Made by a program: the position numbers and the translations under genes. Under the pieces are notes generated by a model. That model did not search any database, was not told where the DNA came from, and was given only the letters and a program-made list of their open reading frames with translations. Of a stretch of 62,884 nucleotides of DNA, positions 56,190 through 62,807 are shown one piece after another; position 1 is the stretch's first letter, and every line of letters starts with the position of its first letter. This stretch comes from an uncultured virus (IMG/VR IMGVR_UViG_3300034021_001069) (Duplodnaviria > Heunggongvirae > Uroviricota > Caudoviricetes), in IMG/VR virus record IMGVR_UViG_3300034021_001069. One strand, given 5' to 3'.

Positions 56190-56339
56190 TTAATAGTGAC
56201 AGCGGGCGCCGACATAGTTAAAATCATCCAGGATATCTTCATTTTCATCTTCTACAAGAGAATCAAGAACTTCGAGCAGTTGATTGCCAGTCTTGACTTT
56301 ACTATTGCGCAGCAGGGAAATAGCCAGATCGTAGGTCAT
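56190..56339 (-). CDS. Small acidic hypothetical protein, 49 aa
   Basis: Manual translation MTYDLAISLLRNSKVKTGNQLLEVLDSLVEDENEDILDDFNYVGARCHY. Confidence 0.65.
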   Translation of the reverse strand: MTYDLAISLLRNSKVKTGNQLLEVLDSLVEDENEDILDDFNYVGARCHY

Positions 56340-56375
56340 TTGATTCAATGAAGTAATTAGTTAACAGTTAAATGT

Positions 56376-56690
56376 TCAGTTCAGGCGCATACCCGAGAAG
56401 AACGGAATCGGTGAACCGTTATAGTTCACAAACCAATTAAAGTTCTTTTGAAAGACACGCTCACCATCCATTCCGAAGGCACTCAGAATAGCATTCAGGC
56501 GAGACTTTGTGGTTGCAGTTTGATAACCACCATCAAACAGTTCAATCCAGGTTTCACCAATCCGAGCGATCAGATTGCCGTGCAGAAAAACATCAGAAAC
56601 GTGCGAACATGAGATCACTTCGGTGTTAGCCAGTTTGAAATCTTTGCTGTCTTTGATTGCAGCGATCATCTGGCGTTCGATCTTGCGCAT
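56376..56690 (-). CDS. Cyanophage-type early hypothetical protein
   Basis: MRKIERQM...VFLHGNLIA...DGGYQTATTKSRLNAIL...VFQKNFNWFV; first gene after a promoter cassette. Confidence 0.85.
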   Translation of the reverse strand: MRKIERQMIAAIKDSKDFKLANTEVISCSHVSDVFLHGNLIARIGETWIELFDGGYQTATTKSRLNAILSAFGMDGERVFQKNFNWFVNYNGSPIPFFSGMRLN

Positions 56691-56701
56691 GGTTTGAATC
56701 C

Positions 56702-56768
56702 CTTTGACTCTTTTAATATACAGGGGATCCGCGCCCCTGTCAACAGTTTTGAGATTAGTGTCGCTTAT
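56702..56768 (-). promoter_or_regulatory. Early promoter cassette, copy 1 (ATAAG-N5-CTAAT box; TTGACA-17-TATATT; self-complementary spacer)
   Basis: 67-bp element repeated at 59654-59720 (60/67 identical by manual alignment). Confidence 0.85.
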
Positions 56769-56785
56769 CAGTCTGATAAGCTGAT

Positions 56786-56929
56786 TTAATGAGTGCGAAG
56801 CTGTTCAATTTGCGCGTTTCGGTGTTCAATGGCGCGGAACAACTGCGCATCACGTTGAATCAAAAACAAGTTCCAACCGATGATAGCGGAGAACACAAAT
56901 GCACCCGCAACAACATACTTCAGATTCAT
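56786..56929 (-). CDS. Small single-TM protein, 47 aa
   Basis: Manual translation MNLKYVVAGAFVFSAIIGWNLFLIQRDAQLFRAIEHRNAQIEQLRTH. Confidence 0.65.
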   Translation of the reverse strand: MNLKYVVAGAFVFSAIIGWNLFLIQRDAQLFRAIEHRNAQIEQLRTH

Positions 56930-56931
56930 GA

Positions 56932-57114
56932 TTAGATACCGTTCAGGAATTCAGCCAGAGCTTCTTTATAGTCAGCTTCTGTCTGATATACACGCCCGTG
57001 AATGTTACGAGGATAACTCACATTCTGACGACCAACATCAGCAACCATTCGACAATCAGCTTCATCATAACCCATCTCAATCAGGTTTTGAACGTAAGGA
57101 TTGTAATGCGTCAT
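56932..57114 (-). CDS. Small hypothetical protein with UBA-like 'LIEMGY' motif
   Basis: NPYVQNLIEMGYDEADCR...YPRNIHGRVY. Confidence 0.75.
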   Translation of the reverse strand: MTHYNPYVQNLIEMGYDEADCRMVADVGRQNVSYPRNIHGRVYQTEADYKEALAEFLNGI

Positions 57115-57125
57115 TGTAATACTAT

Positions 57126-57293
57126 TCAGGAAAGTTTGGAAACTTCAGCATCAAACGCAGCGTTGCTCTTTTCACACTGAGCTACAAATTCAGGATCATT
57201 TGCAGCGACTTCGATAAACTCATCAAAGTCAAAGATCTCACCTGGCATGTCTTGAATCTCATCCCACATGCTAGTGTCGAATTCGAAATCCAT
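57126..57293 (-). CDS. Very acidic peptide, 55 aa
   Basis: Manual translation MDFEFDTSMWDEIQDMPGEIFDFDEFIEVAANDPEFVAQCEKSNAAFDAEVSKLS; first gene after a promoter. Confidence 0.7.
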   Translation of the reverse strand: MDFEFDTSMWDEIQDMPGEIFDFDEFIEVAANDPEFVAQCEKSNAAFDAEVSKLS

Positions 57294-57316
57294 TGCGTTC
57301 TCTCGATTACTTTGTA

Positions 57317-57371
57317 ATGATAGATCAGATCAGGCGAAAGGTCAAGGGGTTGGGCAATCAGTGTATTTTAT
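57317..57371 (-). promoter_or_regulatory. Sigma70 early promoter with upstream ATAA-N6-CTGAT box
   Basis: TTGACC-17 nt-TATCAT; upstream ATAAAATACACTGAT resembles the box of the 67-bp cassette. Confidence 0.7.
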
Positions 57372-57375
57372 GAGT

Positions 57376-57555
57376 TTAACTCTCTGTGATAAGTTCTCTG
57401 CATAGCTTAAATCGTTCCCATTCACTATCACTAAAATTGTCAGATGCATATGGGATGCCTACAATATAGGCGCAAGCTTTGTTGATATCTTCCTGCTGTT
57501 GAATTGCATGGGCTTGTTGAACAGAAAGAACAGAAGCAAGTGCAAACTCAATCAT
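57376..57555 (-). CDS. Small hypothetical protein with signal-like N-terminus
   Basis: MIEFALASVLS...CAYIVGIPYASDNFSDSEW..F.LC. Confidence 0.7.
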   Translation of the reverse strand: MIEFALASVLSVQQAHAIQQQEDINKACAYIVGIPYASDNFSDSEWERFKLCRELITES

Positions 57556-57560
57556 GCTAT

Positions 57561-57719
57561 TCACCAACGCTGACGATCATATTGCGACTCATTCCATCCA
57601 CTTCGTTCATACTCTCGCCGCTCGTAATCCTCTGCAGTATAGTGATCATCAAAGTCTCCATCTTCATCGTAGTAGGCATCAAACTTAGACCAAGAATTGC
57701 CGTTGTGAAATGCAGTCAT
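57561..57719 (-). CDS. Acidic/aromatic peptide, 52 aa
   Basis: Manual translation MTAFHNGNSWSKFDAYYDEDGDFDDHYTAEDYERREYERSGWNESQYDRQRW. Confidence 0.65.
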   Translation of the reverse strand: MTAFHNGNSWSKFDAYYDEDGDFDDHYTAEDYERREYERSGWNESQYDRQRW

Positions 57720-57750
57720 GTTCTCAAAAATCAAAGGTTAATGAATTCAA

Positions 57751-58185
57751 TCAAGCGTAAAGATAACCACCAGACCAATCACAAGTTGCGTAACACTTTT
57801 CACGCGATGCCTCATCGAGGAGGCTATAACGCACACCCTTTGCAGGTGCTTTCCATGATGCAGATTTATATACATCACCCGTCACTTTATCCACAAAACA
57901 ATGAACAGAGCGGCTACCATGTGCAACCATCACGACTTTATGATAACGCTTGCCAGTTTCAATCACAAACTCATATCCATAATTATAACGATCCTCAGCA
58001 ATCTCCTGCAGTTTGCGAAGATGATAGGCAGAATCTTCGTTGTTACGCTCTGCAGCACGACGATGGGTTTTTACACTGTAAAGGCGGAAATCTACCTCCA
58101 GAGCTTCACACAGAGACTCAGTGTAGCGAAGAACAGCAGACATTTGATCGGTGATAGAGTGAACAGGAAGGGAAAGAATTGACAT
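57751..58185 (-). CDS. Conserved phage hypothetical protein
   Basis: F.IETGKRYHKV...SVHCFVDK.TGDVYK.ASWKAPAKGVRY.L...DWSGGYLY. Confidence 0.85.
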   Translation of the reverse strand: MSILSLPVHSITDQMSAVLRYTESLCEALEVDFRLYSVKTHRRAAERNNEDSAYHLRKLQEIAEDRYNYGYEFVIETGKRYHKVVMVAHGSRSVHCFVDKVTGDVYKSASWKAPAKGVRYSLLDEASREKCYATCDWSGGYLYA

Positions 58186-58451
58186 CAGCAAGCACCCCAC
58201 ATAGGATTGGCAAGTTGTGCATCAGTGTGGAAATCAGTCACCTGATATCCCATACCAATACGCTCATCACACTCACGCTCAAACTCACGCTTGGTGATAA
58301 CTTTCTTGCTCATGGTATCAACACCCCTGAAAGACAGAACCTTGAGCATATAGTTGGGAGAGGCGGGCTCAGTGATGGCAACCTTTACAGGATAGTAATC
58401 AACAACCATGGAAGGCTTGCCGTCGATCTGAGAGATTGCGGAGAGTTGCAT
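58185..58451 (-). CDS. Early hypothetical protein
   Basis: 88-aa ORF directly downstream of a promoter cassette. Confidence 0.8.
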   Translation of the reverse strand: MQLSAISQIDGKPSMVVDYYPVKVAITEPASPNYMLKVLSFRGVDTMSKKVITKREFERECDERIGMGYQVTDFHTDAQLANPMWGAC

Positions 58452-58462
58452 TTGGCGTTCCC

Positions 58463-58533
58463 TTGACTACCTTTATAGAATACACGACCTGAGAGCCAAT
58501 GGGGGAAATGGTAGACAGTTCCCCAACTGGCAC
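58463..58533 (-). promoter_or_regulatory. Early promoter with GTGCCAGTT-N4-AACTGTCTAC palindrome and -10 TATTCT; no canonical -35
   Basis: Palindrome at 58511-58533; 15-nt block TATAAAGGTAGTCAA shared with the 62 kb promoter. Confidence 0.75.
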
Positions 58534-58539
58534 AGCCCC

Positions 58540-58701
58540 TCAGAGGTCATAAAATTTATAAGAATTAAACTCATCTTTGATGCTCTCAAGCTCACTCTCA
58601 TCATAGATTGAGAGGCACATGAGAAAGTTAAAGTGGCTCATGTATGTCATACAGGAGTCTGCAAGATTGTCAAAGTCAATTTGATTTTGTGCAGTAAACA
58701 T
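58540..58701 (-). CDS. Small acidic hypothetical protein, 53 aa
   Basis: Manual translation MFTAQNQIDFDNLADSCMTYMSHFNFLMCLSIYDESELESIKDEFNSYKFYDL. Confidence 0.55.
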   Translation of the reverse strand: MFTAQNQIDFDNLADSCMTYMSHFNFLMCLSIYDESELESIKDEFNSYKFYDL

Positions 58702-58709
58702 AATGTGTC

Positions 58710-59060
58710 TCAAGTAAGTTTAACAGTGTTTGAGGCAGTTATATACTCTTTAGAAAAAATCGTTTCAAGCTTGTATGCTTCATCCTCACATTGATAGCCT
58801 AGGGTATATTGCCAGACATGAATTAGCTCGTGAATGAGTGTAGTGATAAACTCATTGTGTTGTAAGTTCTCTTCTATTTCTATTTCATATTCATTATCAT
58901 CTAGTGGGAGCATCCATCCAACAACACCATCAGACTTGAGGCTTCTTGAGATGATAGAAAGCTCAACCTCAAATTGTAATGCAAACTTGTTCAGAAACCA
59001 ATTACAAATTGACTCAGTGAGTTGTTGCTTGTCAGTGTCAGCAATTTCAAAGTAATACAT
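58710..59060 (-). CDS. Small zincin-like metallopeptidase (HExxH)
   Basis: G....D..EYEIEI...FITTLIHELIHVWQY...EDEAY. Confidence 0.8.
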   Translation of the reverse strand: MYYFEIADTDKQQLTESICNWFLNKFALQFEVELSIISRSLKSDGVVGWMLPLDDNEYEIEIEENLQHNEFITTLIHELIHVWQYTLGYQCEDEAYKLETIFSKEYITASNTVKLT

Positions 59061-59122
59061 GAGCCCCAGTGTAAGAACCAGATGAAAGATCCTAGGAAGA
59101 TAGCTTTATCTACTACTGTCAT
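58991..59122 (-). CDS. Small membrane peptide overlapping the peptidase 5' end, 43 aa
   Basis: Manual translation MTVVDKAIFLGSFIWFLHWGSCITLKLL...; ATGA-coupled to the upstream gene. Confidence 0.5.
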   Translation of the reverse strand: MTVVDKAIFLGSFIWFLHWGSCITLKLLTLTSNNSLSQFVIGF

Positions 59123-59244
59123 TGTGGTTGATATTCAGGCACTGTAAAGAACTCTTCAAGATAATAGTCTACTGTCACCTCTAGCTCTGCAGCTTTCTCC
59201 TCAAGTGCCAGATCAAAGTATTGATCAATGTTGAAATCAGACAT
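59119..59244 (-). CDS. Small acidic peptide, 41 aa
   Basis: Manual translation MSDFNIDQYFDLALEEKAAELEVTVDYYLEEFFTVPEYQPQ. Confidence 0.65.
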   Translation of the reverse strand: MSDFNIDQYFDLALEEKAAELEVTVDYYLEEFFTVPEYQPQ

Positions 59245-59404
59245 TAATTAGACCCTCATCGATGAGATTGTGAAGAATGCGACCATAATGACCCTGCAGC
59301 CAAGTATAAGCTCTAGAGTCGTAAATGCTTTGGAAGAGAGTCAGAAACTCATCATAATCCAAATCATCTTGTTCATATCGAAAGAGAAGATCAGAGTTCA
59401 ACAT
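59237..59404 (-). CDS. Small helical protein (paralog of 54571-54762)
   Basis: Start refined to MLNSD at 59404; YEQDDL..DE...LFQ...D...WLQGHYGR....LIDEG. Confidence 0.75.
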   Translation of the reverse strand: MLNSDLLFRYEQDDLDYDEFLTLFQSIYDSRAYTWLQGHYGRILHNLIDEGLINV

Positions 59405-59414
59405 GATTAAAACC

Positions 59415-59642
59415 TCAGTAGTGTGCTTCAGACCAGTCAAGTTGTGCAGAGTATTCTGCAATTTTATCGAAACACTTTTTCTTCATTTGTTCATCAGCAC
59501 CCTGCATAAACTCGAAGCAATACTTCATCCTTTGCTCAGGATGTGCATTGATTCGTGCAATCTCTGCTTGCTGCTTTTCGCGGTAGGAATTGTAAGCAAA
59601 CATCTCACGATCAGCGAAATTGGTGGTGTAGTAGGGGTGCAT
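59415..59642 (-). CDS. Early hypothetical protein
   Basis: Start refined to MHPYYTTNF at 59642; the longer ORF-track start lies inside the promoter cassette. Confidence 0.75.
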   Translation of the reverse strand: MHPYYTTNFADREMFAYNSYREKQQAEIARINAHPEQRMKYCFEFMQGADEQMKKKCFDKIAEYSAQLDWSEAHY

Positions 59643-59653
59643 TGGCTGCCTGT

Positions 59654-59720
59654 CTTTGACTCTTTTAATATACAGGGGCACGGTGCCCCCGTCAAGAGTT
59701 TTGAGATTAGTGTTGCTTAT
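59654..59720 (-). promoter_or_regulatory. Early promoter cassette, copy 2 (TTGACG-17-TATATT)
   Basis: Direct repeat of 56702-56768. Confidence 0.85.
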
Positions 59721-59723
59721 GGG

Positions 59724-59927
59724 TCAGCAGGCTTCATTGTGATCTGCATATGTTTCGGTTATGTTAAGTGATTCATGAACCGAATACATTTTATTATACA
59801 GTGCAGCTACAGATCCAGGTGAATTGTGAATCACATCGATTTGCTTTTCGTGTTGCTTACTGAGTAACATCAATGAATTAAGTATAATATTAACTTCGTT
59901 GATGTTGAGTCTTACAAAATCTTCCAT
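59724..59927 (-). CDS. Hypothetical protein
   Basis: VRLNINEVNIIL..L.LL...SVAALYNKM. Confidence 0.7.
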   Translation of the reverse strand: MEDFVRLNINEVNIILNSLMLLSKQHEKQIDVIHNSPGSVAALYNKMYSVHESLNITETYADHNEAC

Positions 59928-60331
59928 TATTTGTTCATTTGCAATGTGGGCACAGGCATTCCACCTTCGGTAGGAACATAGATGGTTACGTTACCTTTGT
60001 TCGATCCTTCTTCCAGACCAGTAATATACAGATACTGGAGATATTCACGATTATCTTTCAACGAATCACCGATGATTTGGTTCGCTTTCGCAACACCAGT
60101 GGCTCGAATTACTTCAGCGTCAGCAAGTTGTTGAGCACTATCTTTCTTTGCTTGTGCTTCAAGAACTGCAACTTGACGGGTATATTCTGCTTTTTGAAGT
60201 TCTGCCTTACCGTCAAGGGATTGTGCCCATACATTATAGAGCGGACCAACAACAGCATTGATAATCACCAAAGAAACAAGGAAAGAGACGCCAATAATAG
60301 TAACATTACGCATTGTATTATCTTGTGACAT
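59927..60331 (-). CDS. Membrane-anchored coiled-coil protein resembling an SPFH/band-7 C-terminus
   Basis: N-terminal TM; EAQAKK...AEVIRA.G.A.ANQII..SL....YLQYL.I......IYVPTE..MP. Confidence 0.75.
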   Translation of the reverse strand: MSQDNTMRNVTIIGVSFLVSLVIINAVVGPLYNVWAQSLDGKAELQKAEYTRQVAVLEAQAKKDSAQQLADAEVIRATGVAKANQIIGDSLKDNREYLQYLYITGLEEGSNKGNVTIYVPTEGGMPVPTLQMNK

Positions 60332-60339
60332 AATTTACC

Positions 60340-60822
60340 TCAAAGTTTGAAAGGAGAAACAATAATACGGGGTTCAACATACACAGGTCGGGTTTTGCCA
60401 CTACCAGAAGGATCAGAGCACAACACCCAAGTTCCTTCAGCACTGGAAGGAGAGAACAGACCATTAGGATCTGCCTGCGGGAGAGTTGTCCCACTCATTT
60501 CATATTTTTCTGGATTGGTGTATTGAGTAGCAGCAGGAAGACCATAACCAATAGAGTTGCACAGAAACACAGGACGACCAGTAGTTTCAGGAACAGTATA
60601 AGTATACGTCACCAGACCATCCTGGTCACGCATTTCAATAATTTGCTTCAGCAACTTACGTTCACGGAAGTTCTTGATGGCAGGCATACCAGTTTGAGCA
60701 GTTCCTTCCCTCAGGATACGTTCTTGTTGAGAACGTTGAGCATCATCAGAGTTTTCTTCAATACAACCAGTCAGAGTAAGACCAAGAACAGCAAGTGCAG
60801 CAACAGAAACGATGGTTTTCAT
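60340..60822 (-). CDS. Putative lipoprotein
   Basis: Signal peptide with lipobox LTLTG-C; ..YGLPAATQYTNP...QADPNGLF.P.SAEGTWV.C...YVEP. Confidence 0.8.
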   Translation of the reverse strand: MKTIVSVAALAVLGLTLTGCIEENSDDAQRSQQERILREGTAQTGMPAIKNFRERKLLKQIIEMRDQDGLVTYTYTVPETTGRPVFLCNSIGYGLPAATQYTNPEKYEMSGTTLPQADPNGLFSPSSAEGTWVLCSDPSGSGKTRPVYVEPRIIVSPFKL

Positions 60823-61136
60823 TGAGGAAGATTAGAGATAAAGGATTGGAGGTCAGAAGGCATAGCATCGGCAGGAACTTCTACAGCACGATGCCGAATA
60901 ATATCTGCAAGTGCTTTCTTATGTTCAGGTGATGCTTTGATGTATTCAAACTGCATATTTTGCAGTTCTTGAACAGCACCAGTTCGGAAGGACTTTGACT
61001 GTTCAAAAGTGTTCCTACGAACATTCTCAAACTTAGGAGCAAAGAATGACGTAAAAATCAGTTCGTGATAGGTAAGGCCCCAGGCAAGGGCACCAACACC
61101 AACGACACCGCCGACAATAGCAAGAATAGGTTTCAT
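60819..61136 (-). CDS. Membrane-anchored hypothetical protein
   Basis: Start refined to MKPILAIVGG at 61136; TM helix, then FFAPKFENVRRNTFEQSKSF..G..QEL. Confidence 0.75.
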   Translation of the reverse strand: MKPILAIVGGVVGVGALAWGLTYHELIFTSFFAPKFENVRRNTFEQSKSFRTGAVQELQNMQFEYIKASPEHKKALADIIRHRAVEVPADAMPSDLQSFISNLPQ

Positions 61137-61137
61137 A

Positions 61138-61338
61138 TCAATTATAAGTGCAGAGTTGAGTGATACGACCGTATTGAATACCTTCAGACCATTTGCCTCC
61201 AGCATTAATACAATCTTGTTTGTTAGGAATAAATGATCGGTCTCCGTTAATAAAAAGATTGATAAACATTCCTCCAATAACAACAAGAATCAGAACAATC
61301 ATCAGTTCAACAAGAGTGAATCCGTTGGTTTTGTTCAC
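61138..61338 (-). CDS. Mini type IV pilin-like protein (prepilin N-methylation motif), 66 aa
   Basis: MNKTNG|FTLVELMIVLILVVIGG (G-1/F+1/E+5) plus a C-terminal Cys pair. Confidence 0.8.
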   Translation of the reverse strand: MNKTNGFTLVELMIVLILVVIGGMFINLFINGDRSFIPNKQDCINAGGKWSEGIQYGRITQLCTYN

Positions 61339-61616
61339 AGGGCAGCAACCTCTTCCATAATGATTTCTACATCACGCTCATCACGATGACCAAGAACGTC
61401 ATCGGTGATAGGAGTATCATAGCACAGTTCAAAACCATCTTCATCATCAGAAACTTTGATAACTGCTACCTCATACAGATCTTCAGCAAATCCATATGAA
61501 CCAGGGAATCGTACCACACTCACACCATAACCATTAGGGAAAAAGTGTTTTGCTTGAATACCATCACCACGATAATGGGGGTGGGGCTTAAAATTAAGAT
61601 CAGTAAACTTCAACAT
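61335..61616 (-). CDS. Conserved phage hypothetical protein
   Basis: FPNGYGVSVV...SYG...LYEVAVI...LCYDTPITDDV.G. Confidence 0.85.
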   Translation of the reverse strand: MLKFTDLNFKPHPHYRGDGIQAKHFFPNGYGVSVVRFPGSYGFAEDLYEVAVIKVSDDEDGFELCYDTPITDDVLGHRDERDVEIIMEEVAAL

Positions 61617-61987
61617 GCAAGTGCTCCAGCTGGAATTTCAACAACTTCAGGCATACGAGTTCCAAACTCATGCCTATTATAGCAGACCCATTCATCATTC
61701 ACAAACAGATAAGCATATTCTTCACCTTCAGCAAGATAATCATAACGATTGCCATCAAGACGAGGGGGGCAATCTTCACCGCGAGCAGAATAATATTCAG
61801 GTTTATTATCTTCCGCCCAGCAAGTGCTCATATCACCACCATCGATGAGTTCAGCAACTTTTTCTTTAGTATTATAATGAGTGCGAAGAATACGACCCAG
61901 CCATTCGGGATAACCATCCCAGTGGTGATACACAGAGAGAACAGATTCGTCAGCGAGTTGAATACCAATGCGAGAACGAGTTGCCAT
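61610..61987 (-). CDS. Conserved phage hypothetical protein (Y.HWDGYP family)
   Basis: MATRSRIGI...SVYHHWDGYPEWLG..L..HY....V..LI.GGD.S...EEYAYLF...W. Confidence 0.85.
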   Translation of the reverse strand: MATRSRIGIQLADESVLSVYHHWDGYPEWLGRILRTHYNTKEKVAELIDGGDMSTCWAEDNKPEYYSARGEDCPPRLDGNRYDYLAEGEEYAYLFVNDEWVCYNRHEFGTRMPEVVEIPAGALAC

Positions 61988-61998
61988 GTGTCTTTTGA

Positions 61999-62070
61999 TT
62001 GACTACCTTTATACTATAAAGGCTAGCGGGTGCTCTGTCAACAGCATTGTGCCACCTGTTGAACTGTCAC
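61999..62070 (-). promoter_or_regulatory. Early promoter TTGACA-17-TATAGT with upstream GTGACAGTT-N4-AGGTGGCAC palindrome
   Basis: -35 at 62036-62041, -10 at 62013-62018, palindrome at 62049-62070. Confidence 0.85.
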
Positions 62071-62234
62071 CCACCCTTTTCTCTTAAACTTCTAACAAGA
62101 TATTCTGTAAACTTTTCCATTCTATCTGGATGAACTTGTGTTATATCATCATTGATTGCTCTCTTCAAAGCCACAAGTTCATCCCATTCTTCTTGGTTAA
62201 GATGATCAGAGTAAGTTCTTGGAAGTTGTGACAT
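62067..62234 (-). CDS. Small hypothetical protein
   Basis: GGAG RBS before MSQLPRT at 62234; L...EW.ELVALK.AI...V.P..ME.F..YLV.SL. Confidence 0.7.
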   Translation of the reverse strand: MSQLPRTYSDHLNQEEWDELVALKRAINDDITQVHPDRMEKFTEYLVRSLREKGG

Positions 62235-62305
62235 GTAGTGCTCCAAAATATCTTGATATCCTAACATTATTTAACCAGAATGGGATCAAAATGAAACTTA
62301 TCTTA

Positions 62306-62524
62306 TCATTCCCAGGGTGATTGACCCTTTTGTTGTTTTTCTGCCATGCTATCAAATTGATCCACAAAACTATCAAGTTTGATAAGATTATCAATCTTGC
62401 TAATCATATCAGCAATAACGCTATTAACAAATGGTCGCTCTTGTCTAGCAGCAAAGCTCAACGCATTGCGAAGTGATGCCTCTGCTTCACGCAAACTAGT
62501 CTCAACAGTATCTGATAATGCCAT
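62306..62524 (-). CDS. Small hypothetical protein
   Basis: MALS..VE.SL.EAE..LRNALSFAARQERP.V...I; GGAG RBS. Confidence 0.8.
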   Translation of the reverse strand: MALSDTVETSLREAEASLRNALSFAARQERPFVNSVIADMISKIDNLIKLDSFVDQFDSMAEKQQKGQSPWE

Positions 62525-62526
62525 AA

Positions 62527-62805
62527 TTATTCTCCTTTTACAATGTCAACAACAAGTTCTTTAACTTCATCTTCAGTTAGAAGAGTTCGATCTGATTCAT
62601 GATATACATCTTTGTATGTGCTTCGAATATAGTCATCCGATTGCCACATCAGTTCACTAACAATATCATGGGCTACCTTTGCTTCGCTAATGGGTAATGC
62701 TAGTCGTTGCACAACAGCTTGAGTGCAACGTGCATACCTATCTAAACGCAAATCAAAGTGAGCGAACCATTCAGCTTCGTGTTCTGGCTTTAAGTTGAGG
62801 GGCAT
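62527..62805 (-). CDS. Hypothetical protein
   Basis: 92-aa ORF with GGAG RBS. Confidence 0.75.
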   Translation of the reverse strand: MPLNLKPEHEAEWFAHFDLRLDRYARCTQAVVQRLALPISEAKVAHDIVSELMWQSDDYIRSTYKDVYHESDRTLLTEDEVKELVVDIVKGE

Positions 62806-62807
62806 AA

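Noticed and set aside
57504..58154. 216-aa plus-strand ORF in the early region
   Set aside because: Overlaps three coherent minus-strand genes, has no recognisable motif, and no plus-strand promoter is nearby.
56702..62070. Dispersed repeats considered as a CRISPR array or IS ends
   Set aside because: Spacing is kilobases with genes in between, the repeats contain -35/-10 boxes, and no cas or transposase gene is present.
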